Positions 49,474-59,147 are shown, counted from the first letter of the stretch. The stretch is 64,000 nt of DNA from Theionarchaea archaeon (GCA_018992685.1 JACVGT010000003.1:128001-192000); one strand, 5' to 3'. Notes: a model not told the origin generated them from the letters alone. Made by a program: numbers and translations.

Positions 49474-50757
49474 ATGGACTACAAGGTAATCCACGATTCT
49501 TTACACGGGTCCATTAAACTGGAAGGTATATTCCTCGAATTGATGGATGCACCTGAGCTGCAGAGGCTTCATCATATCCGCCAACTGGGAATGGCATATC
49601 TCGTATTCCCTGGCGCAAACCATACCCGCTTCTCGCATTCCTTGGGCACATATTTCATAGCTTCACAGATTGCAGAAGAGCTGCAGTTGTCTGAGAATGA
49701 TCAGAGAATAGTCGCTGTGGCAGCCCTCCTTCACGACATCGGTCACGGCCCCTTTTCGCATACACTGGAATACGCATTTCATTCTCTTCACAGAATCAAC
49801 CACACAGATCAGACATCCAGGATCATAACAGGCGAGATAGATATTATCCCTCAGCGCCCTCACGTGGAAAGGCACACTATCGCCCAAATCCTGGAGGACT
49901 ATGACACCCACCCGAAGGAAGTGAGTGAACTCATTCAGGGTATGAAGGTTCCATATGAATGGACGCTGACTCCCTGGCTGGAAGATAATCCTCAAAAGGT
50001 CAGTCCTTTGACCCAGATTATTCATGGAGAAATAGATGCAGATCAGCTGGACTACCTGCTGCGGGACTCCTACTACACTGGTGTAGCCTACGGAGTAGTT
50101 GATCTCCCCTATCTCTTGCACACGCTTGAGTTGCATAATACTACCCTGTCCATCAACCCGAAGGGCGTGGAAGCTGCAGAAGCCCTGCTTGTAGCCAGGT
50201 CTCTGATGTTCAGTTCGGTGTACTATCATCATGCAGTACGCATTGCAGAAACTATGCTCACCAGAGCAGCAGAAGATACCCTTGGAGAGCACCCAGAAAT
50301 AATGGCCATGTCGGACGGGGAATTCTTTGCATATTTGGAAAAAGGAACACCATACCAACGGGATTTGGCTGCCCGGTTAAGGTACAGGAATCTTTTCAAG
50401 AGAGTGTACATGGTCTCTGCAGAAGAATCTGAATATCCATTACAGGATGTCATAGCAGAATTGTCAGATTCAGAATCTCGAAAAGAGAAAGAACACACTC
50501 TCTGCAGGAAGGCAGGCATCCCCCAGGGATTTGCCTTGATTGACATTCCAGAAAGAGATATCTCTCTTTCTGAGCCTCGCATGGCACGGCCCAGTATTCT
50601 GGTGTATGATGGAGAATTCAGACGGCTGTCAGAATACACCCCTACAGCAGCAGCGCTTCAGAAAAGGAAAGTCCCCTCCTGGAGCCTCATGGTATCCTCG
50701 CCCCCTGAGTATGTGAAAAAGGTGAGAAGGGTCTGTGACAAAGTCATTTTCAGTTGA
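49474..50757 (+). CDS. HD superfamily phosphohydrolase (COG1078, dNTPase-like)
   Basis: RL..IRQLG, HTRFSHSLG, LLHDIGHGPFSH, DADQLDYL.RD, VYYH. Confidence 0.92.
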   Translation: MDYKVIHDSLHGSIKLEGIFLELMDAPELQRLHHIRQLGMAYLVFPGANHTRFSHSLGTYFIASQIAEELQLSENDQRIVAVAALLHDIGHGPFSHTLEYAFHSLHRINHTDQTSRIITGEIDIIPQRPHVERHTIAQILEDYDTHPKEVSELIQGMKVPYEWTLTPWLEDNPQKVSPLTQIIHGEIDADQLDYLLRDSYYTGVAYGVVDLPYLLHTLELHNTTLSINPKGVEAAEALLVARSLMFSSVYYHHAVRIAETMLTRAAEDTLGEHPEIMAMSDGEFFAYLEKGTPYQRDLAARLRYRNLFKRVYMVSAEESEYPLQDVIAELSDSESRKEKEHTLCRKAGIPQGFALIDIPERDISLSEPRMARPSILVYDGEFRRLSEYTPTAAALQKRKVPSWSLMVSSPPEYVKKVRRVCDKVIFS

Positions 50758-50800
50758 ATGAACCCTTTGTGGGTCCATTCTCCGCTGTGAACAGCGAGAG

Positions 50801-50851
50801 AGGAAAAAAAAGGAAAAAAAAGGAAAAAAACGCAGCACAGCCAAGTACTGC
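50801..50851 (-). terminator. Hairpin plus triple U-tract terminator on the minus strand
   Basis: GCAGUAC/GUGCUGC stem followed by (TTTTTTTCCT)x3. Confidence 0.6.
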
Positions 50852-50894
50852 AAACAACAAAATTGCTTTTGATTCTCCTTATTTAAACTTTTTG

Positions 50895-51143
50895 CTGGCC
50901 AACCTCTTCTTCTGCGGCGGTTGAGTGTTGCCTGCAGTGAAGAGACACCCTAGGGACGTTTTGTCGGGTGAAAGCCAGATAGATGTTCTGACGTATAGAT
51001 ACGCGTACCTGAGAATCAGCGAGGAGTCATTTGGAGGACGCCCTCTGTGACAAGACACAGCCGATAGTATGAGATTGAGAACGACACCCGTCCGCCGGAT
51101 ATCCACACTCTCCAAATGGCCCCTCTTGACAGAAGGCCACCAG
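50895..51143 (-). ncRNA. Putative structured non-coding RNA, family unknown
   Basis: 16-nt helix 51021-51036/51110-51125, closing helix 50895-50906/51133-51143, terminator downstream, no convincing ORF. Confidence 0.35.
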
Positions 51144-51406
51144 TAGATCGACATGTAGAACATTTCTGCACACTATTTGCAAGATTCACAATGTAATTAT
51201 CATGAGCAAGTATCCTCTTTGAGAAGTTAAACCTCTTTTTTATATGAAGTTCAATGAAACAGCGTTTTGACTATTTCATTCATCCTATATTACCTCTACC
51301 GATTCACCAATTGGTGAGAGGGAATATAAAAGTTTGCTCCATGTGGGGAGCGGTAAGACCTTTAGAGAGATTTCTGACCACACGGTCAGGAAGATAAAGA
51401 GAATAG

Positions 51407-51940
51407 TGTACCCTTTTCTGGAACTACCTGGAAGACATAGTTTATGAGCCATCGAAAATAGCTATAGAATATCCAGAAGAACCTCCCGAAAAAGGAAGTT
51501 CACATTATGGATGGATGATATTCCCCTACGTTAGGTACAATTTGAGGACTGGTTACACACCCATCGTGAAGAAGTTACATATAGCTTTTGATTCTTTCTG
51601 CAAGGGAATTGACTATCTATTAAATATATCTACAGTATTATTACCTTATTACCCGTTAGGATTCAAGTTATACTCACAGCAGTTTCTCGTTTTCTGGTCG
51701 GACTACGAAGATTTACTATGCAAGTCTTTTAGTTTTCTACCGTGCCACACGTCAATTACCAAGGCAGATGATGCCATATTTGTATATGTAAGTGTTGAGA
51801 AAGGGCTGCTTGAAAAAAGGTTACTTCAATTCTGTTTTAAGATGAGTGATATGGGATATATTGACCGCTTTTGGAGTTCAATCCCCATATATCACCGGAT
51901 ACCTGATGAGCATGGACTAACCAGGACTTCCACCACCTGA
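51407..51940 (+). pseudogene. 5'-truncated hypothetical gene fragment
   Basis: Frame open from the stop at 51404 with no start codon until ATG 51515; protein-like, AT-rich. Confidence 0.45.
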
Positions 51941-51977
51941 ACCTCCATCTCCACATATACTACTATCTTGAATCCCC

Positions 51978-52038
51978 TTCAATAGTTCAAGTGGGATTAT
52001 GTTCAATAGTTCAAGTGGGATTATGTTCAATGGTTCAA
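51978..52038 (+). repeat. 24-bp tandem repeat, 2.5 copies
   Basis: ttcaatagttcaagtgggattatg x2 plus ttcaatggttcaa. Confidence 0.85.
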
Positions 52039-52165
52039 AGGGCCAATCCTTTAGAAAGTTCATACATCTTCACCTCACTGCTACTTTACAGAACTGATTA
52101 AAAATATTTGGGTAATAATTGCGTAAAAAACTGGAAGTTAAATGTGCATATTTATTCCACTGTAA

Positions 52166-52297
52166 TTGACTAAAGCAATCTATGAGACATCCTGGTTCAA
52201 AGCTATTGTTGTATGGATAGCGTACATCATAGTGATTGTGATTGTTTTGGTGATCCTGGCAGTCCTTGGAATTGTAGCAGGGCTGGTTTTTCTGTAA
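52166..52297 (+). pseudogene. 3' fragment of a paralog of the membrane protein at 59148..59489
   Basis: KAIYETSWFKAIVVWIAYII vs KYVYATSWGKAVITWILYII. Confidence 0.7.
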
Positions 52298-52335
52298 GTG
52301 CCCATATCCTTTCTCTTTTCATCTACTTCCTCTCA

Positions 52336-53028
52336 TTACACTGGCTGTTCTTCCAGTACGAAATTCATGAGTTTCATCTCAGCTTTACGCAAGTGCTCCC
52401 ACGCTGTGCTGGTGCTGATCCCCATGTCAACAGCTATGGTCTTGATATCAGTTTTCCGGGGAAATGAATAGTATCCGTGTTCAAAAGCAGCATGGATTAT
52501 CTTCCGCTGCATTTCTGTGAGGTGAACGTCACCTGAAAGCGGCCAGGACCACTTCAGGAAGGACATTTTTCTGGCGTGATCATTGCGCACAATTTTCTTT
52601 ATCTTGTATTCCAGGTTCGCCTTGGTGAGGAGATCGAAGTACTCCTGCAGTGATACGTCTTTGTACACAATCCCCGAGATCACTTCCTTTTCCTCCTGGA
52701 CTATGATTGGATAATCAAGGATAAATCCCATTTTGTTGGTCTCTCTGATGACGGAATTTGCCTCAGGTCCAATGATGTACCTCAACTTGGTAATGTTTTC
52801 TGCACTGACGACATCAATGATGGTGACGTCGTCTGGAACATGAGAAATGCACTGCTGGACCTCATGATTGTGTTCAGCCTTTGAGAATTTCACTGATAAT
52901 TCAATGTACACACTCCCATCTTTGAATACGTCTGCTCGATCTATGAGACATGTCTTGACATGATCCAACCTGGAGACTCTGTTGCACAATCCTCCTGTGT
53001 GGTATATGTTTAGACGAGCATAATACAT
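52336..53028 (-). CDS. Bat-type (HTH_10) transcription regulator
   Basis: LTEMQRKIIHAAFEHGYYSFPR...EHLRKAEMK. Confidence 0.88.
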   Translation of the reverse strand: MYYARLNIYHTGGLCNRVSRLDHVKTCLIDRADVFKDGSVYIELSVKFSKAEHNHEVQQCISHVPDDVTIIDVVSAENITKLRYIIGPEANSVIRETNKMGFILDYPIIVQEEKEVISGIVYKDVSLQEYFDLLTKANLEYKIKKIVRNDHARKMSFLKWSWPLSGDVHLTEMQRKIIHAAFEHGYYSFPRKTDIKTIAVDMGISTSTAWEHLRKAEMKLMNFVLEEQPV

Positions 53029-53387
53029 TACGTCTACTTTTTCTTCCTTGTTTTTAAGGGTTTCCCGGATTCAATGTTAATTTGAGAAACCGGAGCTATT
53101 TTTAGTTGGTAGAAATAAAGGAGATTCTTTATTTCGAAAGAATCCCAAAAAATAAAAGAAGTATCTTTTACCTTATATTACAAGAACTCTGTTCATTGCT
53201 GGGTAAAACTACTATCAAGAACCGTGAGACTTTTCCTTTCAGGAGTATCATTATTTTCATGAAGTATTCTGGTGCATAGTCCAGCCTCTTTCGTCACGTC
53301 TTCGTGTGATTTTGCCTGCAAATCCACTAAGAATGAGTCAGATGGATTATTCAGGCAGCTTTCGTTCTGAAATGGACAGTCAAGGAA

Positions 53388-54653
53388 CTACCAGGCCATG
53401 TTATAGTGGGTTTTCATCAGTTCCACGAATTTGTCCCACTCTCCTCCCACAGGATCAGGTAGAGAAAAGTGAGTCTCAATAACATCCGGGTCTTTCAATC
53501 CTCCACCTGTGATTACGCTTACTACAGTGTCTTGGGCATCTATATGTCCCGAGTCATGCAGAGTTTTGGCCGCAGCAATCGCAGCAGCAGAAGTTGTGCT
53601 GGCATAAATACCCTCGTGAGTCGCCAGGGAGAAGACGGCTTCCAGAATGTCACCATCTTCTACCGTAAGGGCCACACCCCCTGAGTCTTTTACAGCTCTG
53701 TAAGCCTGGTAACCCACCTGTGGCACCAGAATGTGCTTGGCAATGGTGGGGGCAGTTTCAACTCTCTGGATGCATTCTGCACCGCTGGTGAGGGTCTTGG
53801 TAAGAGATCCCCCAGCAGATGACTCAACAGCCACCATCTGGGGAAGTGCGTCAATGAACCCTGTGGTATAGAGATCCTGGAACCCTCTCCACACGGCAAA
53901 CAGCCCAAATCCCATTCCAGTGGGAACGATCACATAGTCTGGAACATTCCATGAAAGCTGTTCGCAGATTTCAAATGCCACAGTTTTTCTCCCTTCTTCA
54001 CTGTAAGGATCTCCTGTGGGTGATCTGGTGTAGCTGCTGACGGGATGTGCATGCAATGTGTCCACGCATGTTTTCATGAGGACATACCTGTCTTCGTATT
54101 TCTTCAGGTAGACCACCTTTCCACCATACGAGAGGGTCTGCAAGATGGCCTGCATGGATTCGTCCTGGTTTTCAAAACTGATTACCTGGAGACCGGAGAC
54201 AGCCCCGTACGCTGCCGCTGCAGCAGCAGTATTTCCCCCTCCCGCGATGAGATGGCGGGATCCGAACTTCCTTGCCACGGTAGCTCCCACAGCAGCCGAT
54301 CTGTCCTTGAACGTGTGGGTGGGATTCCTTGATTCATCTTTAGCACACAAATGATGGAGTCCAAGGGCTGGGCCCAGTTTCCTGCAGGGCAGAAGGGGGG
54401 TTCCTCCCTCTCCCAGAGTAAGACTCGATTCAGGGTCAACAGGAAGGAATTCCTGCCACTTCCATACTCCCTGCACGCACCTTTTCTTCAACACTTTCCT
54501 AGATACAGTCTCTTTTATCTTCTCGTAATCATAGTCGACAACGACGTTTGATTGAAACCGATCCGTCTTGCAGCGTGGGCACCCCTCGAACATCCGCTCC
54601 AGTGGGTACTGAGCTCCACAATGCAAGCATTTCAGCATACGCTCATACATCAT
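53388..54653 (-). CDS. Threonine-synthase-like PLP (fold type II) enzyme
   Basis: LGEGGTPL, KDESRNPTHTFKDR, EG.KT, PTG.G, TGGGLKD; usual ASTGN replaced by AGGGN. Confidence 0.85.
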   Translation of the reverse strand: MMYERMLKCLHCGAQYPLERMFEGCPRCKTDRFQSNVVVDYDYEKIKETVSRKVLKKRCVQGVWKWQEFLPVDPESSLTLGEGGTPLLPCRKLGPALGLHHLCAKDESRNPTHTFKDRSAAVGATVARKFGSRHLIAGGGNTAAAAAAYGAVSGLQVISFENQDESMQAILQTLSYGGKVVYLKKYEDRYVLMKTCVDTLHAHPVSSYTRSPTGDPYSEEGRKTVAFEICEQLSWNVPDYVIVPTGMGFGLFAVWRGFQDLYTTGFIDALPQMVAVESSAGGSLTKTLTSGAECIQRVETAPTIAKHILVPQVGYQAYRAVKDSGGVALTVEDGDILEAVFSLATHEGIYASTTSAAAIAAAKTLHDSGHIDAQDTVVSVITGGGLKDPDVIETHFSLPDPVGGEWDKFVELMKTHYNMAW

Positions 54654-55719
54654 TCTTCCTCCTTGAAACCATGTCCACGATCTCCTCAGGAGCCATTCCG
54701 CTGAGTCCCAAGCGCTCACATGTCACTCCCCTTTCCCAGTAGTCAGTACCGTCAACCACTGACCAAGCCCCAACCAACATTCTGGCACCAGGAGCTGGAA
54801 TCTTGAGCATATCACACAGGGAGACGAGTGGAACAAGGCCATAGATTAATTCTTCCCGGACATAGCTCAAAGGATCTGGTAACACGTACTCACGGACGGC
54901 CTCCCAGTTCTTGATTGTCTGATAGGTCGTCTCTCCCTTCACTGCGTAATAGTCCTGAATCATTGTGGCTGCACTCTTGAGATCCAGCCCCAGAGTATGG
55001 CACAGGGCCAGCCGTTCTGAATCCGCAGCGTCCACAGCCCTTGCAACTCTGGGGGATATTCCCTCCGAATAGAACCAGAAGGTTTCAGAGTCCTCTTCTA
55101 CACGGTTCATGTTGAAAAGAGCAATTGGCACGTGGATCACGGGGTTATAATTTTCAAGGCTGGTTTCCAGAACACTTCGCCCCGGAACGAGTTGCGGCAC
55201 ATAGGCATGGAGCTTCTCATACACAGAATTCAGTCTATCTGGAGGGTAGGTTGCCATTCTCACAGTACTCTTTTCTCCGGAAATACGGACGTGACCTGGT
55301 TCCACCACTCTGCAGGCCAGTGGCAACAGGGTCGTTTCTGCTATTGTGACGTCAGTTCGATCAGATTCTCTTAAGAGATGCTGGAGTCTCAGGGCGGCCC
55401 AGTATCCAGTGAACACGACAATGACTGCATGCTCCTGAAGATAGGGGAGACTCTGTTCTACCAATGACTCGTGCCCTCCAGCTCGTGCAGTGACCAGTAC
55501 ATAGGGAACATTGGAAACGACAGTTTCAAGATCACACGACGCTGCCTGTATTGCAGCCTCTCCTTCCAGGATTCCTGATACCTTCAGTCTGCGAGAGCCG
55601 GCAAGGGAGGCAATCCTTTCTGGGGTTCTGTTGTAGAGAAAAAGATCGTGGCCTTTGAGGGCTAGATAGCCAGCAATCCCCTGCCCGGCACTGCCAGCTC
55701 CCAGGACTGCAAATTTCAC
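54643..55719 (-). CDS. NAD/NADP octopine/nopaline (opine) dehydrogenase family
   Basis: GAGSAG, AET..L..ACR, N.NP.IH, FY.EGI, D.ERLAL, Y..E...YGL; GTG start after GGAGG. Confidence 0.88.
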   Translation of the reverse strand: MKFAVLGAGSAGQGIAGYLALKGHDLFLYNRTPERIASLAGSRRLKVSGILEGEAAIQAASCDLETVVSNVPYVLVTARAGGHESLVEQSLPYLQEHAVIVVFTGYWAALRLQHLLRESDRTDVTIAETTLLPLACRVVEPGHVRISGEKSTVRMATYPPDRLNSVYEKLHAYVPQLVPGRSVLETSLENYNPVIHVPIALFNMNRVEEDSETFWFYSEGISPRVARAVDAADSERLALCHTLGLDLKSAATMIQDYYAVKGETTYQTIKNWEAVREYVLPDPLSYVREELIYGLVPLVSLCDMLKIPAPGARMLVGAWSVVDGTDYWERGVTCERLGLSGMAPEEIVDMVSRRKNDV

Positions 55720-55898
55720 ATAGATTCCTCCTGCAGCCAACATGAGTGGCAATCTTCACTCAGTTGGGATTACCCCTTGTGGCGGAATCTTAAATTATTA
55801 TTGCCTGAATACTTCGGCAAAGTTCTTATAAACAATTGTTCACAAATAATGAGCTAGGATTGGCAGGATTCGCATTCTGTTAATCGAGAGGTGATTCT

Positions 55899-57026
55899 AT
55901 GTCAGATTGTTCAGTTATTGGGATGAATAAAGACGATCTGGACACACCGTGTCTCCTGGTAGATTTGGATGTTGTTGAAAAGAACATTAAGACAATGGCT
56001 GACTACTATAGAAAGAAGGAAGGTGCAGCCCTGCGTCCCCATCAAAAAGGACACAGACTTCCTATAATAGGAAAGAAACAGGTTGAAGCGGGAGCCAAAG
56101 GAGTTTCTATGACCTCTCTGGGTCTTGCAGAGTATTATGCACAGTGTGGATTCTCAGATATCCTGGTGACCAATGAGGTGGCAGGGTATAACAAGATGAG
56201 ACGGGTAGCAACTCTCTCCAAACAGGCAGATGTCACTGTGGGCGTAGATAGTATCGAAAATGCGATGAAGCTGGGAGATGTGGCACGCGAGATGGACACA
56301 GTGATACAGGTAGGTGTAGAACTCTACATGGGAACGGGCACGTGTGGAGTAGACATGAAAGATGCAGGGTCTCTGATAAAGAAGATCACCACGGTAGGTG
56401 GAGTCATGTTCAGGGGTGTCTGGTGGCACCAGGGTTCTCTGGCTGATATTATTAACTGGGAGGAAAGAAAACAGGCCCATTTCAAGACTCTGGATAGGGT
56501 GGCCATGCTGAAGTCAGAGCTTGAGAAAGAGGATATTTCTCTTGAGATTATCAGTGGAGGATTTACGTGTACCTGGGACATCACCCCTGAGTACGGTGGA
56601 CTGGAGAATGTTGAGGTTCAGGCCGGAAGCTATGTATTCAGTGACTGGTGTTCCCACGAAAGCGAAGGGCTCGATGTATTTGACTATGCATTGACTGTCC
56701 TGACCAGATGCATCAGTCGGCCCCAGCCAGATGAGATATGCTTCGATGCAGGCATGAATGCGTGTTCTGATGAACACACTGACAGCTATTTGAATGTCGT
56801 GGGGTTCAAGATCAAAGGCATGGAAGGGATAAAGAGGGTAAAACAGCGTGAAGAATTGTCCATGGTGAAGGTTGAAAAGCCTCCATCAGATATTCGTATA
56901 GGAGATACCGTGGAGTTGATACCTCCTCATTCTGATACCACGGCCAAGCTTCATGACAGGTATTACGGAGTACGCAAAGGGAGAGTAGAAGCTGTTTTTC
57001 CTAACTACGGAAGGGGACTTCTCTAG
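55899..57026 (+). CDS. Alanine-racemase-fold PLP enzyme (D-serine dehydratase / D-threonine aldolase, DSD1-like)
   Basis: LDTPCL.VDL, LRPHQKGH, SGG.T, EVQAGSYVF.D, DAG, IPPH. Confidence 0.87.
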   Translation: MSDCSVIGMNKDDLDTPCLLVDLDVVEKNIKTMADYYRKKEGAALRPHQKGHRLPIIGKKQVEAGAKGVSMTSLGLAEYYAQCGFSDILVTNEVAGYNKMRRVATLSKQADVTVGVDSIENAMKLGDVAREMDTVIQVGVELYMGTGTCGVDMKDAGSLIKKITTVGGVMFRGVWWHQGSLADIINWEERKQAHFKTLDRVAMLKSELEKEDISLEIISGGFTCTWDITPEYGGLENVEVQAGSYVFSDWCSHESEGLDVFDYALTVLTRCISRPQPDEICFDAGMNACSDEHTDSYLNVVGFKIKGMEGIKRVKQREELSMVKVEKPPSDIRIGDTVELIPPHSDTTAKLHDRYYGVRKGRVEAVFPNYGRGLL

Positions 57027-57046
57027 GGTAATGTGAGGAGTGTGTC

Positions 57047-58729
57047 ATGAAGATCACGACTGTAGAAAAAGCGTATGACATTGTGGTAGTGGGGGGAGGA
57101 GGTGCAGGCGCTCAGGCGGCCCTTTCTGCTTCTGCTACTGCCAGTGACCTGAAGATAGCACTTGTTGACAAGGGCATCCTAGGGAGATCGGGGTGCACGA
57201 TTTTAGGCAGTTTTTCCTGCAATGCAGCTCTCGGTTCCGGGGGATCTGGAGATAGCCCTCGGGCACATTTTCTGGACACGATCAAGGAAGGACGATACAT
57301 CAATGACCAATCGCTGGTGAGAGTGTATACTGAAAAGGCACCAGAACGTGTTGTGGCCCTGCACAGAGAAGGTCCCGTTTTTGAAGAGGAGGATGGGGAA
57401 CTGAAGCAGGATATGGTACCTGGACACTCGTTTCCCCGGGCAGTCTTCAACAATCTGCATACAGGGAAGAGTATGATTGTGGCTCTGATGAAACAGGTGA
57501 AGAGAGCCCCTATAGATGTATATGATGAATGCATGATCTTTGACGTGGTGTGTGAGGGCAATGAAATCCGAGGAGTAGTTGCATACGACCTCGCAGGCAG
57601 GATCATAGTCTTTTCATGCAAGGCAGTGATCATTGCAGCTGGAGGATGTGGGCAGCTCTACCCTCACAGTACTACCAGCAGGGGAGCAACAGGAGATGGA
57701 CTCGTCTTGGCCTACAAAGCGGGAGCAGAGCTTCAGGACCTGGAATTCATCCAGTTTTTTCCCACAGCTCAATGTTATCCTCGGCTGTTGAAATTAAACC
57801 CCACCATACCTTCTATGCTGCGCTACAAGGGGGGGTGTAGATTGTACAATGCAGAAGGCCATGAATTCATGAAGGAAAAGAATCCCCAGTGGCGGTTTAG
57901 CGTAACCCGAGACGAGCTGTCCAAAGCTATCTATACGGAAATCAAGGAGGGAAGAGGAACTCCTCATGGCGGGGTGTACATGGATGTCCTCCATCTGACA
58001 GAACAGGAAATCACTGATATATTCTCATTTGCCAACCTTTTTGATGACCTGTTGAAGACAGGCATAGACTTGCGAAAGGATCGAATTGAGACGACTGTTG
58101 CAGCTCATTTTTCCATGGGCGGCATTCGGGTTGATGAGACCTTCGCTACATGTGTTGGCGGGCTGTTTGCTGCAGGGGAAGCTGCTGCAGGGATACACGG
58201 GGCAAACAGGCTGCCGGGAAATGCGTTGTCAGAGATTCTGGTGACAGGGCACGAAGCAGGAAGGAGAGCTGCAGAATACGCACGCAAGACGGAATTCCAC
58301 GAGATCGAGGGAACAGAGAGTGTCAGGAAGATTGAGGGCACCATGGAGAGAACAGGTGACAGTACCCCCATAGCCATGAAGAAGGAGATACAGAGGACAC
58401 TGTGGGAACACGCAGGAGTAGTCAGGAACGAGAAAGGACTCATGAATGGCATAGCAACACTTGAGAGAATAAGAGAAGATATGTCAAGAGTTGAGATATC
58501 CACTGAGACGTTGGTGTGGAATAAAGAACTGGTAGACTTCCTTGAAATGGAGTTCATGGTGGAAATGGGTCTGCTGTTGACCAGAGCAGCACTATTCAGG
58601 ACAGAATCGAGGGGATCCCACTTCAGAGAGGATTACCCTGAGAGTGATTCATCCTGGATAGTAAATGTCGTGCTGCGCAACGGAACCTGTAGAAGGGAAC
58701 CCGTGATGATGGAGGAATCAGATGACTGA
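57047..58729 (+). CDS. SdhA/FrdA/TfrA-like FAD oxidoreductase
   Basis: GGGGAG, RSGCT, TGDG, E..QF.PT, RD, HFSMGG, HGANRL.GN.L, ESRGSHFREDYP. Confidence 0.88.
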   Translation: MKITTVEKAYDIVVVGGGGAGAQAALSASATASDLKIALVDKGILGRSGCTILGSFSCNAALGSGGSGDSPRAHFLDTIKEGRYINDQSLVRVYTEKAPERVVALHREGPVFEEEDGELKQDMVPGHSFPRAVFNNLHTGKSMIVALMKQVKRAPIDVYDECMIFDVVCEGNEIRGVVAYDLAGRIIVFSCKAVIIAAGGCGQLYPHSTTSRGATGDGLVLAYKAGAELQDLEFIQFFPTAQCYPRLLKLNPTIPSMLRYKGGCRLYNAEGHEFMKEKNPQWRFSVTRDELSKAIYTEIKEGRGTPHGGVYMDVLHLTEQEITDIFSFANLFDDLLKTGIDLRKDRIETTVAAHFSMGGIRVDETFATCVGGLFAAGEAAAGIHGANRLPGNALSEILVTGHEAGRRAAEYARKTEFHEIEGTESVRKIEGTMERTGDSTPIAMKKEIQRTLWEHAGVVRNEKGLMNGIATLERIREDMSRVEISTETLVWNKELVDFLEMEFMVEMGLLLTRAALFRTESRGSHFREDYPESDSSWIVNVVLRNGTCRREPVMMEESDD

Positions 58730-59036
58730 AACTGCAATAGTCACCATTTTTAGATTTAATCCAGAAAGAGACGATTGTCCCAGAATGGAGGAATTCGAAA
58801 TACCATTTGACCCGAAAAAGACTGTTCTGGAGGTTCTGCAATACATTTACGAAGAAAAGGATGGATCACTGGCCTTCAGAGAGTCCTGCAGGTCTGGGTT
58901 CTGCAGCACGTGCGGGGTCACTGTTGATGGGAACCGCTGCCTGGCGTGCACAACCTACATGAAAAGAAAAATGACGATAGAACCTCTTGCACATCACAGA
59001 GTACTGAGAGACCTTGTAGTCGAGATGAAGAAGTGA
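58722..59036 (+). CDS. Stand-alone 2Fe-2S protein (SdhB/FrdB N-terminal domain only)
   Basis: LAFRESCRSGFCSTC...LAC, RDLVV; ends there. Confidence 0.85.
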   Translation: MTETAIVTIFRFNPERDDCPRMEEFEIPFDPKKTVLEVLQYIYEEKDGSLAFRESCRSGFCSTCGVTVDGNRCLACTTYMKRKMTIEPLAHHRVLRDLVVEMKK

Positions 59037-59147
59037 ACAATTCTCTCTCTGTAATTTTTCCTGAAGACGCACTCTCTCGGGGGTTGTTCTCTTTGTTTGA
59101 GGAAATCTTTTTAAGGAAGGCCAGCAAAATGACATGAGGTGCAAAAA

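Noticed and set aside
49663-50358. Long antisense ORFs (e.g. 231 aa here, 232 aa at 38344-39042)
   Set aside because: Shadows of well-supported genes on the opposite strand with no motifs
50890-51145. RNase P RNA or group I intron on the plus strand (GGGTGAAA, AGATAGATG, ACAGAAGG, AATCAGC)
   Set aside because: No GAGGAAAGUCC, conserved regions are out of order, and no P7 R/S elements
51978-52038. CRISPR array
   Set aside because: Repeats are contiguous with no spacers, and there are no cas genes
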